Source: a virus (lineage: Duplodnaviria > Caudoviricetes). From it: a stretch of 27,147 nucleotides of DNA. The first letter of the stretch is position 1. Each line of letters opens with the position of its first letter. A model generated the notes under the pieces. It had not been told where the DNA came from. It did no database searches and worked only from the letters and a program-made list of their open reading frames with translations. A program made the position numbers and the translations under genes. The stretch is taken from positions 1 through 27,147 of the IMG/VR virus record IMGVR_UViG_3300010052_000177. One strand, written 5' to 3'. This document shows, one piece after another, positions 9,023 to 18,598 of the stretch.

Positions 9023-10030
9023 TCAGGCCCCCAGCATCAGCGCTTTGCCGTAATCGACGGCCTTGAACCCGCTCGGCGTGGTGATCACAGCGTCCGGGCG
9101 CTTCTTCTCGACGTCCTGCGCCATCAGGCCGAGCTGCATCGGACCGCCGGCCTTGTAGCGGTAGGCATAGAGCGGCTGGCCGTCGGTGGTCTTGCCGATC
9201 TTCTTGATGTCCGTCTTCAGCCGCTTGTCGGAGAACTTGATCAGGTTTGCCCCAAGGCCGAACAGGCCGCCCAGGACACTGTTCCGCTGGGCCATCTGCT
9301 GGTTGTAGGCGTTCATTTTCTGATTGTAGTTCTCGTTGATCAGCCCGGCATTGTCAGTCGTCGGAATGGTCGAGCCGTTGTATCCCTGGGCCTGTGGTGC
9401 AGCCACCTGCGAGCCGGAAAGCAGCGCCGTAATTTCGTTGATCGGCTGATTGCGGACGGCCTGGGCTTCGGAAAAAGCCTGGCCGCGACCAGTCAGCAGC
9501 AACTGATTGTAAGCATCGTTCGTCGTCTGGCCTTGCTGGGCCATGGCCCGGTCGTACGCCGCGGAACCCTGCATGATGCCCTGGTTCGCTAGACGGGTCT
9601 GCAGCGCGTCGTTCTGCTGCGCAATGAGCGGGTCGAGGCGCTTGCGACCCAGTTCCAACAGCCGCGATTCAACCGCCTCGTTGGAGCCGTCGAACGGCTT
9701 GGCCATGTACTCATTCAGGAATGACGACTGATTGTTCGCGAGCGTACCGAGGTTCAGTTGTGCCTTGTCGGTCTGATCCTTGATCGCCTGCTGCGCCGCT
9801 GAGAGCTGCGTTGTCACAGTCGTTTTCGGGATTGTGTAGGTCTTCCCGGTATAGGGATCGGTGACCTTCTCTTCGCCGGTCTTCGTATAGGTGATCGTGC
9901 CGTCAGGCGTGACCTGATTGGCATTGTTCAGCCACGAATTGGCAATTGCGGTCGAGATGTTGGTGCCAGTCGATGCCGCCGAAGTTTCCTTCGGATCTGG
10001 AGGCGTCGGCTGCTTGACGGATTTACCCAT
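9023..10030 (-). CDS. Ejection/pilot-like protein with C-terminal peptidase S74-like domain
   Basis: Gln/Asn-rich helical body, hydrophobic LGGLFGLGA, then FSDKRLKTDIKKIG..YAYRYK..GLMAQDVE..PDAV. Confidence 0.8.
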   Translation of the reverse strand: MGKSVKQPTPPDPKETSAASTGTNISTAIANSWLNNANQVTPDGTITYTKTGEEKVTDPYTGKTYTIPKTTVTTQLSAAQQAIKDQTDKAQLNLGTLANNQSSFLNEYMAKPFDGSNEAVESRLLELGRKRLDPLIAQQNDALQTRLANQGIMQGSAAYDRAMAQQGQTTNDAYNQLLLTGRGQAFSEAQAVRNQPINEITALLSGSQVAAPQAQGYNGSTIPTTDNAGLINENYNQKMNAYNQQMAQRNSVLGGLFGLGANLIKFSDKRLKTDIKKIGKTTDGQPLYAYRYKAGGPMQLGLMAQDVEKKRPDAVITTPSGFKAVDYGKALMLGA

Positions 10031-10466
10031 GGCATTTCCTCGTGAACTTGCTGCTCCGCCACGCGTCGTCAGTCAGCGTGAAGACGTATCCGTCCTCGTT
10101 GCGGCCACGCATGCGCGCGATGAGATGCGGGGTGAAGCCAAAGGCCTTGGCGATGCGCACCATGCGCGTGTTTGCCGCCGACACCTGAAGAACCACCATC
10201 TGGCAGCCGACTTCGTCGAAGGGGTAGGAGAACATCTTGTGCCGCACTTCGGCGGTCAGCCATCGCGGCGATAGTGAGGCACTGGATATCTGCATGAGGC
10301 CAGCGTCGGGCTGCCAGTCGTGAAAGACCATTCCCGCGACCAGCTCGTCCGATTCCTCGTCGACAACACCGATTGCCTTGCAGTTGCCGAAACCGGCCTC
10401 ACAGCCTGGAATGAGGCCGGCGACGAATGCCGCAACCTGTTCAGTGCACCCGTAGAGCAGCCGCAT
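10023..10466 (-). CDS. GNAT-fold phage protein (T7 gp13-like position)
   Basis: AIGVVD..LVAGMVFHDW..MFSYPF..VSAAN..FGF pattern. Between nozzle and ejection genes. Confidence 0.75.
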   Translation of the reverse strand: MRLLYGCTEQVAAFVAGLIPGCEAGFGNCKAIGVVDEESDELVAGMVFHDWQPDAGLMQISSASLSPRWLTAEVRHKMFSYPFDEVGCQMVVLQVSAANTRMVRIAKAFGFTPHLIARMRGRNEDGYVFTLTDDAWRSSKFTRKCHG

Positions 10467-10467
10467 G

Positions 10468-12054
10468 TCAGACGACCACGGCACCGACTTCATAGGTGAT
10501 GTCGATCGCTACCAACTCGGCGTCAGGCGTCGGTGTGACGCCACATGTCACCTGCACCTGCGGTGCCGCAACGAAGCCAGAGCGGCCAATTGAGCCCCAA
10601 CGGGTCGAAATGCGCTTCTCTGAGCTGCCATCCCATTTCATGACGTCCCACAGACCGCTGTCCCACTCGTCAAACAGGGTGTTGTCAGGCGTCGACGCCG
10701 GAGCGGCCGGCAACGAAACCTGATAGTCAGTGGACATCGAGAGTTTCGAGATGAACGCACGGGCAGCGAGGAAGACCGATCGGCCCATATGGACGATCTT
10801 GTTCGCCGCCGGCACGCGTAGGTGGTCGAACAGGCCAACATAGGTGCAGACATAGGGGGAGCCGTCGTCGTTGCCGCCGACTTCGCACTGCATGACCTTG
10901 CCGTCGGAGGTGCCGAAATAGGCCCAATCGTCATGGATGGCGAGGCAACGGGTATCCCAGCCGGTATAATCGGCCCATGCGCCGGTTTCGAGGTTGACGA
11001 CGAAACAGAGATTGTCCTGGCCGACGTCGGTAGGCAGGGAGACGATGCCCATATTCATCAGCGGCCATTTCACGATTTCCCAAGGCAACACTGCTGCGCG
11101 GCGAGCCACCTCACGGCGCCAGTCGGGTTCGATGTTCCGGCTTACGCTGCTCATGGAGAGCGCAACCCGGTCCTTCGAAATCGCCTCGCTGATAGGGACG
11201 ATGCCGTCTTCCATGGCGATCAGGAGGTCACCACCGGCCTGCATGAAGGCGCGACGGCCCATTGGCCGCGAGATGTCGTATCGGCCCACAAGCCGCCAAT
11301 CTGCCGGATCGGCGGGGTTTGCGCCTTCATAGACCGCGACCTCGCCCTGATCGGAGACGATGACGCATTTGTCGTCGACACCGTCGCCAGCATCGAGCGA
11401 CCAGGTTGCCCCGAACTTGATTGCGCCGCCCTTCTGGAAGACGCCGGCAAGCGACAAATCCTGCGCGGTGCCCGAGATCTGATTGACTGGCAAGAACCAG
11501 ACGACAAGGCTGTCTTTCTGGACGAAAAACTGCCGGTTTCGGTAGGCCCATATCTGCGCCAGCTTGTTCGTCGCGATAGGGCCCAGTGCCGCCACGGTTG
11601 ACCAGACGCTGCCATTGAACTGGCGCATCGAATCCGTGCCGTTGACCGCAGACAGAAAGTCGCCGCCGGCCGTGGCGAACTGGATATAGCTGTAATACCC
11701 GCTGGTCTGCCCGCTGACAGCCGCTGCCGGCGGCACCAGAGGATCGGCGGGACTGGTGACGTCAAAGATGTTCGTCGCATCCGCCGCGAACATGAAACGC
11801 CCGCTGGAACTGTCATAGGTGAGCATGCTGACGACCGGACCGGAACCAATCGTGGCTTTGCGGCGCGATCCACCCCGAAGACGAATGCCCGTGCTCGTCG
11901 GGAACCAGTTTTCCAGCACCCTGGCGCCCTGAGGTTGCGAGGCGGCCAGGTTCTCGTTCGAAATCTTCCCGCGGACCGGGGCCGGGAATGTGTGCGTGCG
12001 GTGCTTCTGCTGGGCAGGGGCAGCGACCGGGACACGTCGGAAGGCGCGCCTCAT
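10468..12054 (-). CDS. Tail nozzle / stabilisation protein (T7 gp12 / P22 gp10-like)
   Basis: ATGA-coupled start 12054 (the ORF-track start at 12216 overlaps the adaptor). Beta-rich, FPAPVRG..ENWFP..LRGG N-terminus. Confidence 0.8.
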   Translation of the reverse strand: MRRAFRRVPVAAPAQQKHRTHTFPAPVRGKISNENLAASQPQGARVLENWFPTSTGIRLRGGSRRKATIGSGPVVSMLTYDSSSGRFMFAADATNIFDVTSPADPLVPPAAAVSGQTSGYYSYIQFATAGGDFLSAVNGTDSMRQFNGSVWSTVAALGPIATNKLAQIWAYRNRQFFVQKDSLVVWFLPVNQISGTAQDLSLAGVFQKGGAIKFGATWSLDAGDGVDDKCVIVSDQGEVAVYEGANPADPADWRLVGRYDISRPMGRRAFMQAGGDLLIAMEDGIVPISEAISKDRVALSMSSVSRNIEPDWRREVARRAAVLPWEIVKWPLMNMGIVSLPTDVGQDNLCFVVNLETGAWADYTGWDTRCLAIHDDWAYFGTSDGKVMQCEVGGNDDGSPYVCTYVGLFDHLRVPAANKIVHMGRSVFLAARAFISKLSMSTDYQVSLPAAPASTPDNTLFDEWDSGLWDVMKWDGSSEKRISTRWGSIGRSGFVAAPQVQVTCGVTPTPDAELVAIDITYEVGAVVV

Positions 12055-12752
12055 GGGGTAATCACCCCTGGGAAGGCGCATTCGGCGCCGGCCGGCAGAC
12101 GAGGCGAGCCGACGGTAAGGATGTTCGAACCCTTGTCGCCGCCGCTGGAAACGGCCAGCGCATCCTCGTAGGTCACCATGTCCTCGGCATAGGCCTGGCC
12201 CTTGTTGGCCTTCCACTGCCAGATCATGCCGAGCTTCAGCACTCGTTCATCGAGGCGGAAGACGTCATCGTCGGCGGTAAATTCGGCTTTCGGTGTCCCG
12301 TCCTCGGCCTTGATGATCAGATTGGAGATGTAGAAGAACGATGCGGTCGCCAGATTGGGCAATGTCGGTTTGATGTGGACCTGCTCGCCAATCATCGTCC
12401 ATGCGCCGGTTAGGCTCTGGTAGTTCTGGACTGCCATGGCGAGCCAGGTGTCGCTGTCGGGGTAGTGCGTCAGTGGCGAATAGGGCGTTGCTGATGGCCA
12501 GATGCGAGCCTTTTTCAGCATCCGCTTGTAGTCGGGGGGCAGATTGAAACCGGTGGCGATGCCGTCACCGGTCAGCGTTGCGAGCACCTTGAGGCGCGTC
12601 CAATCACGGCCGTCGAAGGCGATGCGCTGCGCCATTTCATTGGCGAGCGCTTGCAATTCGGCGTGTTCCCGATCCGTCGACGAGAAGACGGCATCAGGGA
12701 CGGTGAGCCCGATGACCGGGCACACCTGCTTTATGACGCTCAAGATGCTCAT
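12051..12752 (-). CDS. Head-tail adaptor (T7 gp11 / P22 gp4-like)
   Basis: DWTRL..FNLPPDYKRM..LGMIWQWKANKG pattern and position upstream of nozzle. Confidence 0.75.
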   Translation of the reverse strand: MSILSVIKQVCPVIGLTVPDAVFSSTDREHAELQALANEMAQRIAFDGRDWTRLKVLATLTGDGIATGFNLPPDYKRMLKKARIWPSATPYSPLTHYPDSDTWLAMAVQNYQSLTGAWTMIGEQVHIKPTLPNLATASFFYISNLIIKAEDGTPKAEFTADDDVFRLDERVLKLGMIWQWKANKGQAYAEDMVTYEDALAVSSGGDKGSNILTVGSPRLPAGAECAFPGVITP

Positions 12753-12758
12753 GGGCGC

Positions 12759-13538
12759 TTAGCCGTTCGCCAGTTCGGCAGCAGCAGCGACAAGGGTGTT
12801 GTGGCTGGGGTTGCCGCGGGGGCGCGAGCCGGTGTGCCCGGCGATGTAGTCCTTCAGCTTGTCGTCATCCCACGTGTCGAAGTCGGTCGACGCATCCGGA
12901 TCGGTTTCGCCTTCAGGCTTGTCAGCCGCTTCCTCTGGCTGCGAACCGGACTGCAGGGCCCCGACTTGATTGACGGGGGTGTTACGCCCCGACATCTGGG
13001 CAAGCTGGTCCCTGAGATCGGCCATCTGCTCGAGCAGCGAAGCATTTTGCGCAGCCAGCGCCGTCACGTCTGCCGAGCCGGCCGCATTGTCCAGATAGGC
13101 CTGCGCCTGGTTCTTCAGATCGCGCCCGCCCATGCCGAGCTGCTTGAGCGGGTTGCCATCCAACCCGGCCAGAGCTTCCACCGTGTGGATGTTCAGCGCC
13201 TTGAGTTCGCGGCGCTTGGCCTCGGCCAGGAATGGCGCTTCCGACAAGGGCGTGCCGCTCGTCGGCTGGGCCGCACCAGCCTTAAAGGCGCGATACTGCT
13301 CGTTGTAGAGCATGGCGTAGGTCACCACGCCGCCGCCGTCCTTGACGCTTTCGCGGGTCGCATTGGGCTCAGCTTCGTGGGCCGGAAAGGTGGCCCTGGT
13401 CTTCGTGTTGCCGGCGAATGCAATGTCGCAGACTTCCATATCGGAGAAGATCGGGCGGCCTGCCTTCTGGCTGGCGGTGGCGTCGGGCATCGTGTGGATG
13501 CGGAACACGACGGTCGTCTGATTGTTGTTCGAGGTCAT
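12759..13538 (-). CDS. Phage protein with HhH-like and C-terminal HeH/LEM-like nucleic-acid-binding motifs
   Basis: ATG 13538 after AGGA. GTPL..ELKALNIHTVEALAGL..LKQLGMG, coiled coil, WDDDKLKDYI..HNTLVAAA. Confidence 0.7.
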   Translation of the reverse strand: MTSNNNQTTVVFRIHTMPDATASQKAGRPIFSDMEVCDIAFAGNTKTRATFPAHEAEPNATRESVKDGGGVVTYAMLYNEQYRAFKAGAAQPTSGTPLSEAPFLAEAKRRELKALNIHTVEALAGLDGNPLKQLGMGGRDLKNQAQAYLDNAAGSADVTALAAQNASLLEQMADLRDQLAQMSGRNTPVNQVGALQSGSQPEEAADKPEGETDPDASTDFDTWDDDKLKDYIAGHTGSRPRGNPSHNTLVAAAAELANG

Positions 13539-13565
13539 TTCTCGATTTCCTGTCTGAGAGGGTGC

Positions 13566-13594
13566 AAAGAAATAGCGGGGCCCAGGGACCCCGC
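13566..13594 (-). terminator. Intrinsic terminator after capsid and decoration genes
   Basis: Minus strand GCGGGGTC-CCTG-GGCCCCGC followed by TATTTCTTT. Confidence 0.7.
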
Positions 13595-13615
13595 CATTCG
13601 AGCGTCGAGCTCTAC

Positions 13616-13900
13616 TTAGATTGCGGTCTTCTTGAACCAGGCAGTGGCGCCCGATGGCACGCCGCCGACGATGGTCGGGGCGGTCCATGCACCGGCACCG
13701 GTGGCCATGGTCATGGCCGGTTCGGTGAGGATGCAGACGGCCGCCGATGCGATGGCCGCCGAAGCCTTGGCAAGCATGTAGTCGTGGCCATCGTCGGCCG
13801 TGAGCACCGTGCCGAGCGGCTGCTTGACGGCCGGATCGGTGGACAGGGCAACGCGGTTGATGGACAGACCGGGAAGCGAGGGAGTGGTGAAACGAGGCAT
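13616..13900 (-). CDS. Small capsid-associated (decoration/cement-like) protein
   Basis: 94 aa, Ala/Gly/Thr-rich, AAGGAG RBS, directly after the capsid gene. Confidence 0.7.
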   Translation of the reverse strand: MPRFTTPSLPGLSINRVALSTDPAVKQPLGTVLTADDGHDYMLAKASAAIASAAVCILTEPAMTMATGAGAWTAPTIVGGVPSGATAWFKKTAI

Positions 13901-13912
13901 CGTTGTCTCTCC

Positions 13913-14929
13913 TTATGCCGCCGGGTTGGAGTCGATGAGCTTCCACTGGAACAGCGGATTGGTCATCGTCAGCTCGCCCATGAAGCCGATGTACTGGACA
14001 ACGGCGTCCTGGTTGATCGGCGTGAGCGCCTTGCCGATCTTGTTGAAGTTGCGTTCCGGGTGGTAGCGGAGCCACAGGTTGGCGAGGTCCAGACCGTAGG
14101 TCGTATTCGCCGGCATGTTGGAACTGATGCCACCTTCCTGCACGATGTCGGCAACACGGCCGGCGCCGTAGTATTTCAGCGCCGAGAAGCCGAGCTTGCC
14201 GAGCTTGGTTTCGTCGTTGATGCGCTGAATGGCGACGGTTGCCGTGTCGTAGGCTGCGTAATGCTCCGGCGACATGAGCAGCAGATTTGCGGCCTTCTTG
14301 CCGCGCGACCGCTGGGTCATGATCGAGTTGAGCATGGGGCGCACGGTGTCCTTGGTCACCTGCGTTCCGATGGCCGGAAATGCAGTGTGCGCGTCGAACA
14401 CCGAAGTACGCCAGGCCGGCTGCGTGCCGCGGTCGATGCCGGCATAGGTGCCGGAATTGACCACAGTAGGAACCGCCAGCTGAAGGCCGCCGAGTTCCTT
14501 GCCGCCGAAGCGCGTACCGTTGCCGTGGAGCGAAATGTCGGCCTCATCGATCAGCTCGCTTTCGGCGGCCTCGATGTGGCTTTCCAGAATGTCCATCAGC
14601 TGGTTTTCGCCTTCGTTGTTGAGGATGTCCTCATTCGGAAGGGTAACGGCCACCGCGACCATCTTGGGCGTGTACTCGGCATCGCTGAAGATTTCGGCGG
14701 GAACCGGGTTCAGGAAGTCGAAGCCGTTGTACCAGACCGCCGAGCCTGTCTTGTTGTAGAGCAGGCGCTCGCGGATCTTCGGACCCGAGTATTCCTTGAA
14801 GTTCCCCCTGTCCTTGAGCAGATAGAGGGTGGCCGACGAGTTGGAGACAAGGTCCTGGTAGCCTTCGGAACGATCCTCCAGCGCCAGAGACAGGATCTCC
14901 TGGTTCTTTTCAACATTAGTGAGGGCCAA
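13913..14929 (-). CDS. Major capsid protein
   Basis: 338 aa after scaffold, AGGAGG RBS, TTG start. HGNGT..GKELGGLQ, YAGIDR, PINQDA motifs. Confidence 0.88.
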   Translation of the reverse strand: MALTNVEKNQEILSLALEDRSEGYQDLVSNSSATLYLLKDRGNFKEYSGPKIRERLLYNKTGSAVWYNGFDFLNPVPAEIFSDAEYTPKMVAVAVTLPNEDILNNEGENQLMDILESHIEAAESELIDEADISLHGNGTRFGGKELGGLQLAVPTVVNSGTYAGIDRGTQPAWRTSVFDAHTAFPAIGTQVTKDTVRPMLNSIMTQRSRGKKAANLLLMSPEHYAAYDTATVAIQRINDETKLGKLGFSALKYYGAGRVADIVQEGGISSNMPANTTYGLDLANLWLRYHPERNFNKIGKALTPINQDAVVQYIGFMGELTMTNPLFQWKLIDSNPAA

Positions 14930-14951
14930 TTTGGCCTCCTATAGACGCGGG

Positions 14952-16052
14952 TTATCCGGCCTGCGCGACGGCGCGGGCGAGAGATTCCCTGATTGAGGTG
15001 GAGCGCTTCCGGGCATTCGGGTCTGAGCCGAGCGAGGGTGCGCCAGAGACGGACTTCGAACCTTTCCGGGTCTGAGCCTCAAGGTCTGCAGTAATGGCCG
15101 CCGGGGCGGCTGGGGCCGGGGCAGATGGGGCGGGGTTGAGCCGGTCCGCCATCTTGTATGCCTCGGCCAAATCCTTGGTTTTGCCGCTCTCAATGAAGAA
15201 CACGATGTCGTCGGCGAGTTCTTCAAAGCGGGGATTGTTTTTTGCGAATTCGTCGACCGATGCCTCGATCTTCGATTGATGCTGCTGTTGCATCGAGGTC
15301 GTGACGCCGCCGATCTGGCTCTTCAGGCCAGCGATTTCCTGCTGCAGTGCGCGGATGGTCGCGTCGTTCTGCGCCTGCGCCTGATCAGGCGACTGGCCCA
15401 TGACGGCAGCGGCGAGTTCACGAAGCGAAACGCCGGCATATTCGCAGACCGCCTGAATTCCCTGCATTGGATTGGTCAGCAGCGTCTTTTCGAGGTCGGT
15501 GTAGCGGGTCATCGCGTCACGAATGGTCGTGCCGTTCTTCCTCGCGAGGTCGTCGAAATCCCTGATCTGGCCGAATGCCTCGGCATCGGCGCGATACTTC
15601 TCATGGCCCTGCTCGAGCTCGCGGATTGCCCGATGCACCTCTGCCTTGATGGGCTCTGGCGCCGTCGCCCATGCGGCTTTCGCATCCGCGGAGAACCGGG
15701 CGGGCGCATCGGTCTTGGACTGGACCGGATCTGCTGGCTTTTCGCTTGTACGCGCCGCATCGGCGGGCATTGCCGGTGTCGGCTTGTCGCCAGCGCCCTC
15801 GGATTTTGCGGTGTCGACCGGCTTTGCGACGGTTTCCGGCTTCGGTTCGGCCTTCGCGACCTTCTCGGCTGCTCGCTTCAGCGCCTCTCGCGCGGTCGGG
15901 GCCTTCTTGGGCTCCTGGCCCTCGTCCTTGGCGGGCTTGGGCTCTGGCAAATTGGTTTGGGCCGGCGGCGGGGTCTGATTGACCTGCGTTTCCGGGGCAA
16001 CAGTCGAGGGCTCGGAGGGCGCAGCAGCGCCGCCGTTCAATGCGTCGGTCAT
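14952..16052 (-). CDS. Scaffolding protein
   Basis: Disordered Pro/Ala/Lys N-terminus, coiled coils, DLAEAYKMA, C-terminal SIRESLARA helix. Between portal and capsid. Confidence 0.8.
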   Translation of the reverse strand: MTDALNGGAAAPSEPSTVAPETQVNQTPPPAQTNLPEPKPAKDEGQEPKKAPTAREALKRAAEKVAKAEPKPETVAKPVDTAKSEGAGDKPTPAMPADAARTSEKPADPVQSKTDAPARFSADAKAAWATAPEPIKAEVHRAIRELEQGHEKYRADAEAFGQIRDFDDLARKNGTTIRDAMTRYTDLEKTLLTNPMQGIQAVCEYAGVSLRELAAAVMGQSPDQAQAQNDATIRALQQEIAGLKSQIGGVTTSMQQQHQSKIEASVDEFAKNNPRFEELADDIVFFIESGKTKDLAEAYKMADRLNPAPSAPAPAAPAAITADLEAQTRKGSKSVSGAPSLGSDPNARKRSTSIRESLARAVAQAG

Positions 16053-16084
16053 GGTTCTACCTGTCTGAGAGGTTGCGTGGATGG

Positions 16085-16411
16085 TTAGCGGGGCCGAACG
16101 CGCTCGCCGCGATCAAAGCGAGCCTTGGCCTTCTCAACTGTGGTCTTGATCGCTGCCCGGTCTGGTTTCGGGCGCTTCCGAGGGCGGAGCCTGGCCGGAT
16201 CGTTACCGACCTCGACCATGCCGGCCGCGCGGTAAGTGCTGCGGAGCTTGGACTTGCTGTCGTACATCTTGCCGTCCAGCATGCTCTGGACCGGTTCCAT
16301 GGTGTCTTGCGCGATCATCGGACAAGCGAGATGCGAGCGCTTCGGCTCGTGCTTGTCCGCCTTACGGTAGACAGACCGGCCGTCTTCCATCTCGAACCAT
16401 TGGTAGCTCAT
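16085..16411 (-). CDS. Phage hypothetical protein between portal and scaffold
   Basis: ATGA-coupled. SMLDGKMYDSKSKLR..GMVEVGND motif. Confidence 0.75.
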   Translation of the reverse strand: MSYQWFEMEDGRSVYRKADKHEPKRSHLACPMIAQDTMEPVQSMLDGKMYDSKSKLRSTYRAAGMVEVGNDPARLRPRKRPKPDRAAIKTTVEKAKARFDRGERVRPR

Positions 16412-18588
16412 GCGCTCAGCCCTTCAACTGCGAGAGGAGCCGCCACCTTCTGGGCTTGTTGTGCGACCTGCAGGCGAAGGCGCTCGATCTCCAACGCGCC
16501 CTTCTGCATTTCCTGCGCGTGCTTCTGCGCATCGGCCACGGCGCGCGCCTCGATCTCACGGATGCGGATGTCAGCCTCGCGCTGCTTGGCTTCTGCGTCG
16601 GCATTGATCCGGGCGATGTCTGCCTGTGCCTTCAGCTCGATCTGTCGACTGTCGCTCTGGGCCTTCGCCGCTGCCGCCTGGGCCGCTGCTTCAGCCTGTG
16701 CAGGCCCTGGCTGGGGTTGTGCGGCGGATGCCTTCATCTTCTCGACGAACTCGTCGATCGCCGCTTGCATCTGCCGACCGGGCCGGAATGGCGCGATGGC
16801 AAACTTCAGAATTTCGCCGGCAAACGGTGCCGTTTCAGGGCGCTGCGCGACCATTGGCGACAATTGAGCCAATGCACCGCCCAAGGCCGTCAGAAACTCC
16901 GATGTGCGCTGCTTTGCGGCATCCTCGTCGGGCTGGATTGTGCTGTCTGTCTCGATGTCCAGCGTGAACGGACGAATGCGTTCGTCCCGTAGGAACTTCA
17001 TCACCTTGTCGATGGTGATGGTGTCTTCCAGTTCCTGCACCTGCTGCGCGATCTGCTCGACCTGCTGCTGTGCCTGTTCGAATGTCGCTTGCGCCTCTTC
17101 GGGCTTTTCAGCAGCCATCGCCTGAACGCGCGGGTCCGACTGTGCGGCCTTGATGGTGTCGACGATCTGCTTTGCCTGGCCTTCGAGCGCCTTGACCGAC
17201 TTTGCGATGTTCTCGTCGGTTTCAAACTCCATCTGGGACATGTCCAGCAGGGTCTTGCCCTGGAAGTTCTCGGCCTGGATCTCGGCCACGATGCGCGCTG
17301 TGTCGCGGGCAATGCGGACAAGCTCGTTCTGGCGTTCCCTGATGCGAACCGAGCCGTATTGCGATTTCAGGGTCTGGGCGCCCAACGTCTCATTCGGGTT
17401 GGTTGCGCCGCGCATGACGTCCGACAGGCCGCTGATCTGGTAGATGTCCTCGATCAGTTGTTTTCGCAGGGCGATAAGCTGGGTCAGGGTCGTGGCGACC
17501 ATATCCAGCGGCAGCCATACTATCGTGTCTTTTGCCGCCCCATTGCCCGTGACCGCCCAGTTCGACACCGGCACCATCACCTTGCGGTCGTCGACGGACT
17601 TGACGGCCGCCTCGATGGCATCGCTGAGTTCGCCGGCACCGGACGGATAGAAGCCGCGCACCTTCAGCGATTCGGTCAGCGCCGAAATGCGGTTGGTGAG
17701 CTGGTTCACCTCTTCGGCCTGATCCTTGTAGAACAGGAAATCGGGCACCGGGATCAGGCTGTTCGGCTCGACCGTGCCATATGCAGGCTGCGGGCACGGA
17801 AAGAAGCCTTCCAGCGACAGGTGCGGCTTGTCCTCGTCGAGCACGACGTCGACGCCTGGCGTGACCCACACGACCTTGTTTTCGGTCTTGGACCAGATTT
17901 CCCACACGCCAGCCTTCAGCTTGCCGTCGGTCTTGTTCTTGTCGTCCTTCTGCTTGGCGAAGATTGCCCCGGTATAGGCATTGCCTGATGTCTTCTGGAA
18001 ACGCTGGCGCATTTCCTTTCGCGTCATCCAGGCGCGGCCTGCCACCCAACCGACCTCTTTCCATTCGCGGCCGGGCTCATGCGCGAAGTCACGGCGGTTC
18101 TTGTGCTCGATGCAGGTGCGTTCAGAAAGCCCGTTGTCCTTGCTCTTAGCCTCATACCTTACCCAGATGCAGCCGCGGGCATTGATCGACAGATCGTCGC
18201 GCACGCGGCGCATGACGCTGTCCATGTCTTCACGATCAAACGACACTGCCGTCGACCGTTCCAGAAGCTCTGAAGCTGCGCGCGGAATCGGCTTGGTGTT
18301 GTTGAAGCGGGTGGCAATGACCGGGATCGGCGGGCGGGCATACATCGACGGCCGAAGCACCTCGATATTCGCCCAGAAGATCTGGAATTCCCGGCTGCGG
18401 CTGATACTGGCGAGCCGAGCGAGGTTCGCATACTGCTTTTCGATGTTCGTGCAGCGCGTCTGATAGTCCTCGAACCCAGCCTTTTCATAGCTGGTGATCA
18501 GGCCCAGCCACGGCTTGGCGGACTTCGGCTTGCGCGTGGGCTCGCCGTCAACCGGTGCCGTGTCGATTTCGTCGTCGTTGTCGGTCAC
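16408..18588 (-). CDS. Portal protein (P22-like, long C-terminal coiled coil)
   Basis: 726 aa after terminase. FFPCPQP, IYQISGLSDVMRG..ETLGAQ, IETDSTI, Gln/Ala barrel-like tail. Confidence 0.88.
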   Translation of the reverse strand: MTDNDDEIDTAPVDGEPTRKPKSAKPWLGLITSYEKAGFEDYQTRCTNIEKQYANLARLASISRSREFQIFWANIEVLRPSMYARPPIPVIATRFNNTKPIPRAASELLERSTAVSFDREDMDSVMRRVRDDLSINARGCIWVRYEAKSKDNGLSERTCIEHKNRRDFAHEPGREWKEVGWVAGRAWMTRKEMRQRFQKTSGNAYTGAIFAKQKDDKNKTDGKLKAGVWEIWSKTENKVVWVTPGVDVVLDEDKPHLSLEGFFPCPQPAYGTVEPNSLIPVPDFLFYKDQAEEVNQLTNRISALTESLKVRGFYPSGAGELSDAIEAAVKSVDDRKVMVPVSNWAVTGNGAAKDTIVWLPLDMVATTLTQLIALRKQLIEDIYQISGLSDVMRGATNPNETLGAQTLKSQYGSVRIRERQNELVRIARDTARIVAEIQAENFQGKTLLDMSQMEFETDENIAKSVKALEGQAKQIVDTIKAAQSDPRVQAMAAEKPEEAQATFEQAQQQVEQIAQQVQELEDTITIDKVMKFLRDERIRPFTLDIETDSTIQPDEDAAKQRTSEFLTALGGALAQLSPMVAQRPETAPFAGEILKFAIAPFRPGRQMQAAIDEFVEKMKASAAQPQPGPAQAEAAAQAAAAKAQSDSRQIELKAQADIARINADAEAKQREADIRIREIEARAVADAQKHAQEMQKGALEIERLRLQVAQQAQKVAAPLAVEGLSA

Positions 18589-18598
18589 GGTTCAACCT

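Noticed and set aside
13900-13915. Capsid and decoration genes are in frame (possible readthrough fusion)
   Set aside because: TAA stop, own AAGGAG RBS, and one-in-three chance of sharing a frame.
13539-14075. 179-codon upstream extension of the 12759..14075 ORF as a T7 10B-like capsid frameshift product
   Set aside because: Arg-rich off-frame composition, crosses another gene and a terminator, no slippery site seen. A good start exists at 13538.
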